Shown here in pieces: positions 25,333 through 40,089 of a stretch of 64,000 bases of DNA; positions within the stretch are counted from its first letter, which is position 1, and each line of letters starts with the position of its first letter. The stretch covers positions 14,012,001-14,076,000 of the forward strand of contig JBHGNT010000017.1 in NCBI GenBank assembly GCA_043228905.1, given 5' to 3'. The notes under the pieces are model-generated. The model was not told the DNA's origin, did no database searches, and worked only from the letters and a program-made list of their open reading frames with translations. This stretch comes from Azolla caroliniana (taxonomy: Eukaryota > Plantae > Polypodiophyta). A program made the position numbers and the translations under genes.

Positions 25333-28300
25333 TTATATTATCGTCTTCGGAGGTCAAATATGACCTATGAGACCACGTGATACGTGTGAAAGTGAGTAGT
25401 GACCCTCGATGTTCAAGAACTTTACCAATGAATGTTGCAATCGAGAGTGCACATTGTGGTTGTGAGAGGAATTCATGCAAAGATTGGGCTCGATCGAAGA
25501 GATGTGGAAAGCATGGTCGAATATGATCAAAGGCAAAGCATTGTATCAAAGTGTGATACTCAGACTCGCGAACTTGTTTAGGGCAAAGTGTGCATTACCG
25601 ACCACTCTCATCACTTGTACCCCAACGCCCTGTTTCACATCGCAATGCATGTGAGCTAAGTCACATGGAAGCAATGGTTTGAATGGTAGATAACGGTATG
25701 GGCTCTAACATGTATGGATGTGTAGGATTTCCCCGTTCCGCAAAGAATATGGTTTTGTAGTTAGGTGCAACATGTGTAGTATAATGTGTGAAGCGTGAGC
25801 CTCCACATTTGTCCCATGTCATTATACATTGGCTTTGCAAAAATGCCTCATTTACAGAGGAATCTAATGATGCATCATGAAGCAAGTGTCTCGCATCCCA
25901 TCTACCAAACCATTTTTCTATATCTTGCATCCAACCGGAACACAAACTTTTGCTTTTATGCGTCTTTTGGATCTTTTTTCTTGCTTCACACGCAATTCTA
26001 GGAAGTTGATGTGAGGGACTTTTTTGAACCTTAAGCATGTATTCAACAACCCTTTCCATGGCCATGATCTCAATGGGAAGCGATCCCGTCTCAAGGAGGA
26101 GAAGGGTGTAGGGCGTTTGTTTCTTAACTTGTAGAAACTTGGTACCAATGCTTTTGGACATTTTCAAACTCTTTCCACATAGATTTAGGGGAGAGAGAGA
26201 GAGAGAGAGAGTATCAATGGCCTTGTCCGCAAATGTTGCAGATGCTCCACTACACATTCGTCCACCTCCATTGTCTGATGGAAAGCTAGATGGAACAAAC
26301 TACACTCTATGGAAGTCCAAAATGTCTGCCATTTTGGACTCCTACAAGTTGTTGGAGACAATCATGGGACCCACAGGAGGAGACCTTGAGCCCATGACGA
26401 CCTTTGACCTTGCACACCCTACCACATCAATCCCTCCAAATGTTGATCTATTTCGAGCTTGGAAGAGAAGGAATGTTGATGCGTTGTGTACCATGGTCAC
26501 TGGTGTATGTGACTTTGTACTGACATTAGTGCAACATACAACCAGGGCACATGAAGCTTGGAGCATATTGGCCAGCCAGTATGAAACCAAAAATTATACA
26601 AGGATACAGAACCTCGAAAATCACCTTGCTACAAAGAAGCTCGCTGATGGAGAGAAAGTAGAATCCTTCGTAAAAAGGATTAAGGATCTTCAAGATCGGC
26701 TGGCGGTTGTTGGAGTAGCTATCTCTCTAGAGGATATGGCTCATCGGTGCATTCAAGTACTTCCTTTCAAGTATGATGGCATTGTGATAACATTGAACAC
26801 TCAGGTTCGACCCACTCCTTTAAAATTTGATGAACTAAGTGCAATGTTGCTTGAAGAGGAGCTTCGGCTGAAGACAAGAGAAGGAAGGGAAGATTTGGCA
26901 TTTGTCTCTAGGACTAAGGGTAAAGGGGCATCCAATTCAAACAATGTGAATAGGATACCAAAGAAGAAGAAGTTCAATGGATTGTGTTTCTATTGTGACA
27001 AGAAGGGTCACACAATCAAGGATTGTTGGAAGAAGATGGCAGACGAGAAGAATGGTTCTAGTAAGACTTCTTGGAGAGAGGCCGAGTCCGCCAACAATGT
27101 CGTAGATGAGCTTGAGTTATGGGTTGCAACTAAAGAAGCGTGTTCTTCAATTGACACTCAAGTTGTCGACGACTCTTGGATTTTCGATAATGGAGCGTCC
27201 CGATATATGACCAGTAATCGTGACTAGTACAGCTGTTGGACACCTCTACAAGAGCCCATCAATGTTGTGGTCGAGAATAATGCTCGATGTCTAGCCAAAG
27301 GAACCGGAACCGTCTCCCTCAAAGCAACGACCGACAGGACAAAGCATCTCTCTCAAGTGTTGTACGTGCCAGATCTCAAGAAGAATCTATTGTCCATTTC
27401 TGCACTGACCGACAAGGGTCTTGATGTTCGATTCAAGAAGTCAGGTGTAGAAATAACAGATTCTGCTGGCAAGGTTGTAGGAACAGGGGCAAGGCACAAC
27501 AATCTCTATGAGCTCAGCGCGTTTACGATTTCTACTGATCATAGCACAAGTACTTACACAAAGAAATGGCATGAGAGATTTGGGCATCTCAATGTTGTTG
27601 TGTTGAAGGAGATGAAGAAGTCGAATATGGTAGTTGGGTTGCCAACCCTATCTGACTTAAGTCATGTTTGTGATGCTTGTATGATGGGCAAGCATCAAAG
27701 ATCAGCCATTCCAAAAGAGAGTCAAAATCGGACAAAGACTCCTCTACAACTAATACACATCGACCTCTCTGGAAAAATGGTGACTCCTGCAATGGGTGGA
27801 TCTCTCTACTATATGCTACTAGTCGATGACTTCAATAGAAAGATGTGGGTTTACTTCCTTCGGGAGAAGGCTGAAGCTTTTAAAATCTTCAAAAGATGGC
27901 ATAAGTTTGTCGAGCGAGAGTCTGGAAAGTTAGTGAAGGAGTTACGCTCTGATCGAGGTGGAGAATTATTATCAATAGAAATTATGTGAGTACTGCAAAG
28001 AGCATGGAATTAAGCGCCAACTTACAACTGCCTACACCCCACACCAAAATGGTGTTGTTGAACATCGAAACTGAACTATTGTCGAGATGGCTAGGTGTAT
28101 GTTGAAGGCACAAGCACTGCTTGACCCATTCTGGGTTGAAGCAGTGAATACAATAGTTTACATCCTCAATCGGAGCTACATGAAGGAACTTCAAGGGAAA
28201 ACACCCCAAAAAGCTTATTCAGGCAAGAAACCTTCAGTGCTGCACTTCAGAACCTTTGGGTGTACGTGCTACGCACATGTTCCAAATGTGAGCAGAAAGA

Positions 28301-30615
28301 AGTTGGATGCTAAAAGCAAGAGGTGTATCTTTCTCGGATATAGTGAAGAGTCAAAGGCCTATCGACTCTACGATCCAGAGGCAAGAAAGATATTGACAAG
28401 CCGCGATGTGGTGTTCGATGAGGAACGACCACAACTAGTTGAGAACAGCGATTCTCAAGTTAACTCATCAACCGAAGAAGTATTCCACCCAATCCATTTG
28501 AACCATCTAATGGTAATGGCTCACTAGTTCAGCCTATGCCAGTCCCACATGTAAAGAAAATACCTAAGTGGGCTCTACAACTCTTCAATGACCATACTCC
28601 TAAAGTTGAGTTTCTTGAAACTTCAACTGATGGATTACAAAGATCAAGAAGAATACAAGAGCAAGGGAGAACCTCTTACCACATTAACAACATGGCTCTG
28701 ATGGTGGACATCATAGGCTCAGTGAGTGAGCTAACCTCGGTGGAGGAAGCCATGGCCGACCCGAAGTGGAAAGAGGTGATGATATCAGAATACGATAGCA
28801 TCATGAAAAATGACACATGGGAGTTGGTAGAGAGGCCAACAAAGAGGAAGGTGATAGGCACCAAGTGGGTGTGGAAAGTAAAGTATAAAGCTGATGGTTC
28901 TTTGGAGAAATTCAAGGTTAGGCTAGTGGCATAAGGATACTCCCAAATTGAAGGGTTCGATGTACAAGAAACATTTGCCCCGACAGCTCGCATGACAACA
29001 ATTCGAATGGTCATAGCATTGACTGCTTCTCGAGGATGGCCGATTTATCGAATGGAGATATTACTTTTTTGTCAACTGACTTGTCATTTAATATGACCCA
29101 ATTCCCTAGATATAGGCCAATGCTAAATAGTACTTATCTTGAAGTCAATGGCACATACTTCAAGACTAAGTACATCGTAACTTGCCCACAAAATATTCTA
29201 GTTGACTTGATTAGCCAATCCTATTACCTATTTCGCTCTTTCCTAAATACATTGTGTCCTACACATCTACGGTTTCCTAGATTAACACCTTGTCAACCCA
29301 TATGGTCGAGTTGCACACTAGCCACTCCTCATTTGGAGCGCTATCACAAAATGTGCACTCTAAGAGCACATATGGGGATAGATTTACAACTTGGGGCTGA
29401 TCCTTGATTATATCTAACACGCCCCCTCAATGATCAATCCATTGAGTTCACTTGGTATTGGGCCAACTCCTAGTCGTCGAAGGTGTTGTTGTAGTTGTTC
29501 TGCTCCAAGCGCCTTTGTGAAGATATTTGCAACATTTTCTGATGTCAGACAATACTCAAGATCCATAATCTCATCATTTATTAGCTCCCGCACATAGTGA
29601 TCTAAATCTCTATGTGTTTAGTACGTGCATGAAACACTGGCAATGGCCATGCAACTCTGATTGTCACACCTCAATACCATTGTCCTCCTTATTGGAACCG
29701 CCACATCCATAAGGATTCTTCTTAGCCAAACTACCTCGCATGCCGCTATGCATGTTGCTTTGTATTCTGCCTTTGTTGAAGATAGTGCCACTGTTGGTTG
29801 TTTTTTACTACTCCATGAAACAACTCCAGAGCCTATTGAAAAACAATGTCCAGAAAGATTTTCTGGAATCACTATCTCCAGCCTAGTCAGAGTCGCAATA
29901 CCCACTAAGTTCGTCAATTGTTGGCTTGTAGAAGATTCCGTAATTTAAAGTACCCACAATGTACTTTAATACACGTAGTGCAGCTTTCCAATGAGTCTCC
30001 TTCGGTTTGTTGCTGAATCGACTCACCACATTGACTACAAAACAAATATCCGGCCTAGTGTTGCATAGGAAAATTAAACTTCCTACTAGTTGTTTATACT
30101 TCCTTATGTCAACCATTGGTGATGGGTCTTCTTGGGATAGCTTGCAGTTTGATTCCATCGGAGTCGACTTCGACTTGCTGTCTATCATTCCAAAGGTCTT
30201 CAAGATCTTTGTTGCATACTTTCTTTGTGACATGAATATGCCAACCGAGGTTTACCAAACCTCAATTCCAAGGAAGTGGTGTAGAATCCCCAAGCCTGTC
30301 ATTTCAAACTCAGTTTTCAAACACTCTTGTGTTTGGCCAATACACTCTTCTAAACTGACCTACACATTTAATGCTATACTCATACCAAACATAGAATAAA
30401 ATCCACTTTCTTACACAGTGGTTGGATCGATCATCAATCCCCACTAATTTTGTAGTGAGTTGGTCCATATCCTATCTAAGCTCTAAGGTGTGAGCGCATG
30501 GGTAAACTACCATTGTGAGCTACTCTCGTATGTAATAGAAGTTTTGTTTTAATATATCCATCTCTGTAATTGCAACTCTATATACCTATCTAATCGATTC
30601 TCAATATTTCTAACA
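24585..30615 (+). mobile_element. Ty1/copia element with both ends and TSD, an internal inversion and a LINE insertion
   Basis: TSD GGATG on both sides; 5' LTR 24585-25222; PBS 25223; gag-PR 26217-27227 (CFYCDKKGH, WIFDNGAS); integrase 27267-28527; RT to about 29050; about 29052-30358 inverted; 3' LTR remainder to 30615. Confidence 0.93.
25330..26190 (-). mobile_element. 5'-truncated RTEX/CR1-like LINE in a (GA)n tract
   Basis: ORF 25661-26257 (TPYTLLLLETG..LPRIA..HPYM) resembles the C-terminal part of the 1120-aa LINE ORF; the 3' end matches 52861-52905; (GA)n on both sides. Confidence 0.8.
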
Positions 30616-31374
30616 GGATGGTTGTATATTCTCAAGTGTTCAACATACGACTTTAATGCTCCTTCATTGTGTGTTATACTCTAGCTCCTTTACGAGATAC
30701 ATGTGCTCATAATTTCTCTTTGCCATTCAAAGCATAGACTCCAATTGGCTAGATGGACATCAGGTGTCTCAGAACTTGATGTCATGGCTTTGACTCTTGC
30801 GATTCGAAAAAAATCCTTTCGCCTATAATTTGTTCTTGCAAACTCCAATTGGTGACCCAAAATATTCCTTGTGATTTTCATGAAATTTCTAAATGCTCAC
30901 ACAATGAACAATTTAACATACAAAATCAAATGTTGCCTCTTATGAATCGACATGGGATTTATATTCATATTAGCGCTCAAACCTTCAATCCCTAGTTTGG
31001 AAAATCACTAACAATCCTAGTTCAACCACAAATAACATACGTTACAATCAAAATCCTTTCCAGATACACATAACTCGAATATAAGAGAAATACAATAATA
31101 CACAATAATCCGGTGGCTTCGCATGTGCCCAATCACGATAACGAGAGACAAGAGGAGGGTCTCTGATGCTGCGCCACTACTCGAGATACGGGAGGTCTGC
31201 CGGAGGCTTTTAAGTAAGCTTGGGAATTTTACCGGCATATCATCATATCGAGAAAGAGAGTGAGTGAGATAGACTCTGATGACACCCATTGTAACTTCTA
31301 AGTAGTGTTTTTTCACACACATTTTCGCTAATATAATTAATTCTGTGTTTTCACCAAAGAAGAAGAGAGATTTA

Positions 31375-31467
31375 GAGAGAGAGAGCTGGAGAGATAGAGA
31401 GAGAGAGACACACACACACACACACACAGACATTGAGAGAGAGAGACACACACACACACATACAGAC

Positions 31468-31503
<36 letters not shown>

Positions 31504-31557
31504 AGAGAGAGACAGAGGTCGAGAGAGAGAGACAGAGAGAGAGACACACACACAGAC

Positions 31558-31588
<31 letters not shown>
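31375..31588. repeat. Compound (GA)n/(CA)n microsatellite in the promoter/5' UTR
   Basis: Repeated (GA)n(CA)nGACATT blocks directly upstream of the ATG at 31618. Confidence 0.9.
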
Positions 31589-31589
<1 letters not shown>

Positions 31590-31617
31590 TCTGTGTAATA
31601 GGACGGAGGCACAGGCG

Positions 31618-34600
31618 ATGATGGTGCACTCTGGAGAACAGGATCTCTCTCCAACCCTTGCGGACGCAGGACAGGCGGAGGAGAACCCGCTGAAGGATTT
31701 CATTCCTCTCGTCGGCATTGATGCAGACGAGGAAGAAGGAGATGAAAAAGAAGAAGAAGAAGACGAAGCCGAAGATGAAGGAAAAGATGAAGTGGATGGT
31801 GTCTCTCGTCTGTCGGGTAAGTCTTCTTGCCTTAAAGTTGATTTACGAAGGCACCAATCAGACAGAAAATTAGCAATTGTCCGTTTTTTATTTAGTTATG
31901 TATCATCTGTGACTGAAATTCGTGATGAAGTAAACGGTTAACCGATAACCCTGAATCTCAATCTCCGATATGCTGTTTGTAGGAGGGAACGTTGATTCAG
32001 AAGATGCGACTTTTCAAGGAAGAGGGGCATCATCCGAACTTTTGTTGGAAGCGAGTATCAGGGAAGTTAAAGCAAATGATGAGAAAACGAAAGAAATACA
32101 TGGAAAGGTGAAAGAAAATGATGCCAAAAGGAAAGTAAACCATGATAAACTTCTTGAATCACAAAGACACAGTGATAAATATGATGCAAATTCTACTCTA
32201 TACGAGAAAATCGGTATCTCCGATGCAACATTTAAAAGAGAAAACATCGATAGAGCAGATGATGAGATCTGTGAAGACATGGAAGTCACATTTACATCCT
32301 ATGAAATGGAAAAAGATGACGACAGAGCTTTTGAATTGCAGAGAACGAATGATACATGTGATGCTATTAATACCTCTTATGAGACAATCCTTGTTCCAAA
32401 CCAGTCTGAACTTGTAGATCCAGTAACAGATGGTTGCTGCAATGTTTCGATCGTAGAAAATGGAGGCTTTCTCAATGGGAATTCAGATGATGAACAGATT
32501 TTGCAGGATGATATTATTGGGAGCGGAAGTGAGCGGGTAGTTGAAGATGTTGGTATTACAGATGGTAAGTGTCCCATCTGTCTTTGTTTCTTGGTAGAAA
32601 TTGTTGTCTATTTGCCTTAATGTTACCCTAATGCTCATCCTTCTCTTCTTAACACCAAATCAGGAAGGTTAAATCTGAAGCGCTCCCGTTCATCTTCCTT
32701 CAGCAATACTCCATCGGTCCAAGTGGTCTACAATTGTCTTACTAGGTGTGTGGTATTGTGCATGATGAGTGAGTTCTCAAATTCATTTCTTAACATACAA
32801 CATAGACTAGCGGATACAAACTTTTGTGTAGTGCTAAATATAGAATGTACTTCTTGTTGAGCTGTCTTATGTTGTTACAGTGAGAGCAAAGATAAGTTGA
32901 AAGAGCTCTTAAGGCAATGGGCTGAGTGGCATAGTACACACGTTAGATCTGCAGAGGTATGCAAACTGATTTCTCTAACACGATTACTTTATCTTGCTCT
33001 GATGACTAGGGATCAAAATAGAAATCAAGAATCCCAAGATGCACGAGAAAAGCTTTCATACAACATGCATGTGTCAAGTTTGTGCTAAATCGTTTTTTTT
33101 TGTGTTGATCCCTTAATATATGGCTAATGCTAACGAATTCTCTTTCCCTTGTTCCCGTTACCAAGTCTGAATTAAAGAGTTATATACCTGTTACTAATAA
33201 AGACTTTAGGACTCTTTCAGCATAACAAATAATCTGTCTCACTGTTATGCCATTGTGTGTGTCAATATTGTTATTCTCCTATGTAATAAAATCGTTCTTA
33301 TACAATTGTACTTTAACCTCTTACAATGATGTTAGGAAGGTTTTATTGAGATATTTTTGGCTATGCATATTTCTCTACTTGGGGTTGTGTTGGCTTAAAT
33401 TTTCTATTTTGTAAGTAAAACAAATAAGTTTATGCATCTTCAATTCGAGTTTGTGCTTTGCAAAGAGAAACTTGCTTATCATGATGAGTCTACCTCAAGC
33501 TATCAACCTGCCGTGCTGATTGGTTTAGCTTTAAAAGTAATGTTATGAACTCAATAAATGATACCTTTCCACACATGGTAGGATATACAAGTCATATTAT
33601 GGAAACACAGATTTATCACATTTTAAATACTAGTCTGTATAAACTTCTGCAGCTATTCCCTGGTGCAATTTAAATTTATGATGTATATAGTGGAATTGAT
33701 GGTCTAGTATCCTTTGGAGGTGGCACATTGGAAGTGGAAAACTTAGATTTAGATCTTCGGTGTGTGAAGATAAGGCGTTTGTTTTAATTGGAAGGTTTTT
33801 TGTTGTTCATTTTAGTTATCTGGATAATTTCAACTGTTATTAGGCTTCACTCAAGGAGAAATCTTCTCTCCTTGGGTAGGTTGTAATTTTTCTCATCTAA
33901 TTTCGTATTTCAACTTTTTCATCAGATTCTGCATAAACTTTATATAATAGGAAGGATTTCCCATTGCTTTGTCTTCATTGAATCATATTACTCTTTTTTT
34001 ATTTGAATTCTTTCTTCAGGAAATTAATAAAGATTCGTTGGAAAGCGGAAATGAGATGTATTTTCCAGCATTGCAAGTTGGTGGGGAAAGGAAAACAGCA
34101 GTGGTATGTTTGTTTCTTGACCATGGAATTTGAGGCTACTACTGTATTTAGTTCTTAATATTAAAAACTTTTGCATTACGATGACAGCCATTTTGGATGG
34201 ATAAACCATCAAAACATGCTCGAATAGATGTTGCAGTCGACACAACCGATATAACCCAGAGAGATGTGCCATTGTATGATCGAGCAGGGCTTGGAGCATT
34301 GATATCGGAAGAGGCAGAGTCATACATTGAAGGGTAAAGAATAGTTTCAAAATGAAAATGCGTGATTTTTTTTATGCAAACATAACATATTCTAGAAATT
34401 CCAAGTTGTAAAGCACTTGTGTGAAAGAGTGAGCATATATTCCCGTTTTTCATTGTAAATGTCAGAGTTTTGAAACCCGTTCAATAGATGACAAATGTTG
34501 TTGTTATCACTATTTTCTGTCCTTTGTTTATTTTGTAATTCTAACCTACGGTTATTTATGCATGTGCAATTGAATATGGCCATTTTAATATGCTTTTTTG

Positions 34601-37560
34601 TTCATTTTGTTTGTGACTTATACTATATTATAGGCTTACAAGTGCTATATAATTCAGGAATCTCGAACATATTGGTGAAGGCTCTAGGTGTTTCAATTGT
34701 GGATCATATAGTCATGCGATAAGAGACTGTCCAAGACCTCGGGATTATGCTGCTATAAATAATGCTCGGAAATTGATGGCAGAGAAGCGAGGGTCAGCCA
34801 GTGGTCCTCGAACCGCATCTAGATATTATCAGCTTTCTCCAGGTGGAAAATTTGAAGATTTGAAACCGGGTGTTATTGGAGGTGAAACAAGGCAACTGCT
34901 TGGCATTGGGGTATGTTGTGATTCATGAAGTCATGTTTCTTTTCTGATAAAACATATTTTAAAATGTGGTAGTGAATGAAGATTTCCACTGTCAATAGCT
35001 ACTATAAACTACTTTTATGCACATAAGAAGTTTGTTGCTGGTAGTACATACGTGTTCTTTTTGTGAGTCATGTATCTAGGTATGCATGATGAACACCATG
35101 TCTTGTACATGTTGACCAAGGCATGCAGGATTTCAGAGTCAGCCTTTAATATTCTGCTCATGCTTTATTCATGAACAATTAATATCAACTCCAATGTATT
35201 CACTTTCTTTCCAGTCTGTAGATATATTGAGTAGTAAGGTTTTATACTGAGTAGTAAGGCTTGTGCATGAAATTTGGACATATGATATTTCTCAGATATT
35301 CCCCCTGGGTTTTGGGTACCCCATGATATACCGTGTATGGCATTTCCTGGGAGTCTTTGAAGATTTTGTTTTCTTAACCTCTGCACATATATATACATTG
35401 GAAATAATAAGGGATAGGGATATAAATAAGAAAGGAGCAGACTATCCTTGCATGACCTTTTAGGAAATGTTGTTTGCTAGTAAATTATGAGGTACTTATT
35501 ATATGTCGGAGCTAACTTTATGTGGGTATTTTCTTGCTCGGCAGGAGTTGGATCCACCCCCATGGCTCAATCGGATGCGAGAGTTAGGCTATCCTCCAGG
35601 ATATCTTGGTACGTCCATTATTTCCCTCATGTGGATAGAAATTCTCCTTATCACTCATGTGTTTGTGGGATTCAATCTGAACTTGAAGAGGCCTTCCTGA
35701 TGTCTTATCTAAGTTATATGTTTTTGATGCACGAGATCAATAAGACCTGGCTAGACTCCAAATGTATGCATTTTCACCATATCTAAGCATTACAATCACA
35801 TATATCTTGCAAGTAACTAGATTTGCATGGAATGTGGATAAGTTAGGAAACTGTTATGCTTTCGACATCTCCTACATGATTTGTTTGGAATAGACCATAG
35901 GAAGAAAACCCAGAGCTATATGGACATGTGGACACTTTCAAGATGCCAAGTCGTTGAAGCAATGCCATGGCTAGAATTCTTAACTAGGGCTATAAGGCTG
36001 TCAGAAACTACAGCTCATTGTTGAGTCAATTACAAGATTTTTAGTTTAAATTTTATTTGCTTACCAGAACTCTTGAAATCGAGTAAGATAATACTGCTTA
36101 GTCAAATGTGCAACAGCCAAGGGCCAATGTGCCCAAGACCAAATTAACTTTGGGCGACAGCTTATTCAGGAATTCGGCCCTACATAAAGTTTCTTAAAAT
36201 TTGTAAGTTAGTGAGTTGGTATGTTTATGAAGAGATGGACACTTAACAGCATGGGTAAGGGTTGCTGCATAGTTAAATAAACATTTTGATGTTCCCGAAA
36301 TTTAGATTTAGGACTGCTATGGAGACATGTAGAATGTAAGTATATTCAGATATCCAAGTTTATACAATCTATCATACGCAGATGAGAGTGGGCTGGAAAT
36401 ACTGGAAGTTGGTTTTACTTCAGAGAAATTTTATTTTCGGATGTAAAATTAATTTTAATAAGTCTAAAATCATAGGGAGGTGAAGGTCTACCTTGGTTGG
36501 TATTTTATTTCTTTTTGGAAGTTCTATGGGCTGGTTTCAAGATGCTTAAAATGTGATCTGTGATGTCAAGATAATAGCATCATGAAAATATGTATTATAT
36601 GGTTCTGCCTAAGCTTAGATTGCTGAAAAGAGCATTCAGGATTGTCAACTTAGAATTGGCTTGTGGTTTTGTTACTTGTTTTCACATCCAAGAGGGCTTA
36701 CAGCTTTCAGAGGACAGCTTGACAATTAATTTATTCTGTGGAAGATGTATGCAAGAAAACCTTATATAATCTCATGGATTTTTGATAGATAAATGAATTA
36801 TAGTTCCATAACTTCAAATAGTTTTTATGAAAACTATTTTATAAAGGATGCTTTAGTAATTTATTAACTATGTGGTCCCTATGTACTCGCAGAAGATCAG
36901 GATGAAGAACCATCTGGTATTACTATCTTTGGCACTGATGAGGATGGTGCCAATGGAATTTGTATTGGGGAAGATGGAGAGATAATTGGAGAGCAGAAGA
37001 AGAGATCATCCAGGAAGAAAATGGTTGTTGACTTTCCTGGTTTAAATGCCCCTATACCTCATGATGCAGATAAGCGAATTTGGGGTTCTTCAGCAGATGG
37101 TAGTGGTCGCCATCAGGGGTATATAAATGATGACCTGGATAGTGCTACCCGAGACTCTGATCGTAGAAGTTCAAGAGCTCATTCTCCTTCTAGGGATAGA
37201 GCCAGTTCTAGGAAATCAAGTATGAGAACTCATTCTCCTAGTAGGGATAGATCTAGTTCAAGGCAATCCAGTCCTCATTTGAATAGAACATCTTCAGATT
37301 CTGCAAGAAGTCCTATGACGTCTTATGATGAGTCCTATAGCTTACCACCATTAGCAGGCACTTATCCTATATCTAGACATAGTCCCATGCATAGCATGCG
37401 GCCGTATCACTCCCCATCCACGCCAAGTCAAAGGTCACAATATGGTCAAGATTGTGGCCATGATGCTTTTGAGTTTGGACGTAAAGCCTGGGCAAAGGCT
37501 CAAGATACTTTCCGCTCGTCGTCGAACCATGGTAGACGTTCTCCTTCTAGACGACGTTAA
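31618..37560 (+). CDS. ZCCHC8: Zinc finger CCHC domain-containing protein 8-like (zinc knuckle plus PSP domain; NEXT complex subunit)
   Basis: Predicted exons 31618-31816, 31983-32564, 32664-32745, 32881-32956, 34020-34103, 34188-34333, 34658-34910, 35545-35608 and 36893-37560, all GT-AG and in phase. Motifs KLKELLRQWAEWH, VPLYDR, RCFNCGSYSHAIRDC, KPGVIGGETRQLLG-ELDPPPWLNRMRELGYPPGY, VDFPGLNAPIP and an RS-rich tail. Confidence 0.9.
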
Positions 37561-38823
37561 CTACGTTCTTTGAAGGTCTATGGCTTGTACAATTGAGTAG
37601 AGTTCTACACTGTCAAAACGTAGGATTGCAGGGGGCTGTGGTAAAAAGTAACTGATGTACACCTTACGTTTTGGAGTAAATAATATGCAGTGCAGTAAGT
37701 GTGGTAGATGAGTGGGATATCACCCATCTTGCGCTGACACTATGTAATCGCTAAATTCTTGTATTTTAATAACTTTGGGATCCAGATCTGAGGGTCCATC
37801 AATCAGCTGGACTGCCATTAGCCTTTAATGAGCAATGTTGAATTTGATAGCAAAATCATTAATGCGTTTTTAGGAGATGAGACGGGTTTGTTGAATCAGT
37901 TGAATCTAGACCAATGTGAAATGTAGATTAGAACCTAACCAAAACTAGCTACAGTTTTGCAGTTGCAGATTTGAGAAATTGCATAATGCTTATTTAAAAA
38001 GGAGAAAAAACATTTCATTTTAAATTTATGTAAAAATATCAATTTGTTTTGAAAACATATAACTCTTCAATGATTGGCAACCCTTTAAGGGTCAAGTTTT
38101 CATATATGAACAAGGTGAAATATATATTTTATCTGTGTCATGTGTATTCATTTGAAATAGTTACTATAAATTTATTTGCTTTTAATTGGAATGGGTAGTG
38201 ATGGGTTGAGTTTGAACTAGGAATTGCCATTCAAACAGTTTAGGATTTAGGGTTCGTATATTTCATTTAAATAATAAGGCAACTTCGTATATTTCATTTA
38301 AAACAAGTAATTGTAAAATTTCTGATTCAAACCAAACTGAGCCATGAAATTGTGGTGTAATGGTTTAGTGACTTCAAAAATTTGGTCTGGGTTAGGTTTA
38401 GAAATTCGTAAACATATTGGCTTAACAACTCAATGGTTTGAGGGAAGGTTTCTGACATATTTCTTAAATATATTTGTTATAGTGAGGTTTTATCTTTGAA
38501 CCTCAATGGGAGGACCTAAACAAAAGATTTCGATAGGCAACCCTAAGGATGTGCATGAAAATTCATACGTAGCATTGGAACATGCTCTACTAGTTTCATG
38601 ACATCAGTTGCTCTAAAGGAGCAAGTGCACCCATGAAATTGTTCATTGAATTAAAATGGTAACATGGAATGTGAAAAGGGCATGTTCTCCTAATAACAAG
38701 TATATATTCTAGGAAACTTTGTTAAGTTGAGAATGGGATGTATTATTTGTAGTTGAGCATAAGCGTCATGAGTTAGCAGGATCCATAGTTCATTTGTGTG
38801 GATATTCATCAATTTATGCAGGA

Positions 38824-38982
38824 TATCTTAATAATCATTATTTAGGTATGGGTATTAATCGTGCGGGATAAATATATATCTTAATAATCATTATTTAGGT
38901 ATGGGTATTAATCGTGCGGGATAAATATATATCTTAATAATCATTATTTAGGTATGGGTATTAATCGTGCGGGATAAATATT
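38824..38982. repeat. Tandem repeat, about 3 x 53 bp
   Basis: TATCTTAATAATCATTATTTAGGTATGGGTATTAATCGTGCGGGATAAATA occurs three times. Confidence 0.9.
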
Positions 38983-38999
38983 ATTTGCAAGTGGTTCAT

Positions 39000-39330
39000 A
39001 TTGATCCTTTTGGTCAATTTTTGGGTTCTAGAAGTCACTTTTTTTAGCGAGGTTATGTGGGTGGTTGGCATTTATGCCCCTAGCCAAGCCACTCAACCTA
39101 TTGGGTTATGGGGTTCACTCCTTCAATCCCTATATGGGCGGTCTAGGATTATTTATGGGTGATTTTAATATGTGTGTTGATGCATCTCAATCTATGTCTG
39201 AACATTCAATCATGGATGATCCGGAGCAACTAGCCTCACGAGAGAATCTTGAGAAGGGGATGCTTGTATGGAATCTTGAGAAGGGGCTATCCATTAGGAA
39301 TGAATGCTACAAATGGTTAGTTGATTGAAT
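39000..39330 (+). mobile_element. Decayed L1 endonuclease fragment
   Basis: VVGIYAP and MGDFN motifs in adjacent frames. Confidence 0.5.
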
Positions 39331-39919
39331 GTATGTCTAGTAAGTTGAGGGATAAGTTCATGTATTGGAAGTCACAATCTTGGTCATTTCATGTACGCTT
39401 GAAGGTTATACAATGTATTATGGAACCCATGATATTATATTACTTGCCATTGTTGCCATGGACAAAGAAGGCTTTGCATTCTGTTTTGTGACCTCTTCAA
39501 TATTTGTTGTGGAAGAAGCGGGATAAGATGAGAATCACTTGGGTTGCGGGAATCATCTAGCAACCCCTAAGCGCTTGGGGGAGCTGGAATATTGAACTTA
39601 TCTATGCGTATGATGGCTCATAGATTTTCATTATTACAAGACATGTGTTGAAACTCACAACCATGGATATTTATTGTTCAATATTTCATTGAGAACAAGG
39701 TTTTAACACATGGGAGGACAACGATTAAGGCTTCATGGTGGCAATTACTGAATGGATGTATTTCACTTAGGATTTCAAGTTGTTCATGTGTTCAACACTT
39801 GCTTACCTCATGGCAAGAAGCACTCTTATTATGTGTATGGAAACCATCATCTAGTAGAGAGCGTTGTAATTCTTTGCAAAAAGAGTTACTTGTGTCTTCT
39901 CAGTTATTATGTTTGCCAG

Positions 39920-40010
39920 TGTTAAGAATTAGGTAATAATTAAGTATAGTTTAATTAGTGTCTAATTATGTGATTAAGTTAAGCGGAAGATTATGTGATA
40001 TGTGTGTGTA

Positions 40011-40089
<79 letters not shown>

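Noticed and set aside
31017-31718. Long low-complexity ORFs (SLSLSL, ERERER, THTHTH), also at 3465-3840, 39974-40217, 52399-52632 and 56285-56603
   Set aside because: Translations of microsatellites.
38345-38420. A-box-like TGGTGTAATGG (possible SINE remnant)
   Set aside because: No convincing B-box, tail or TSD.
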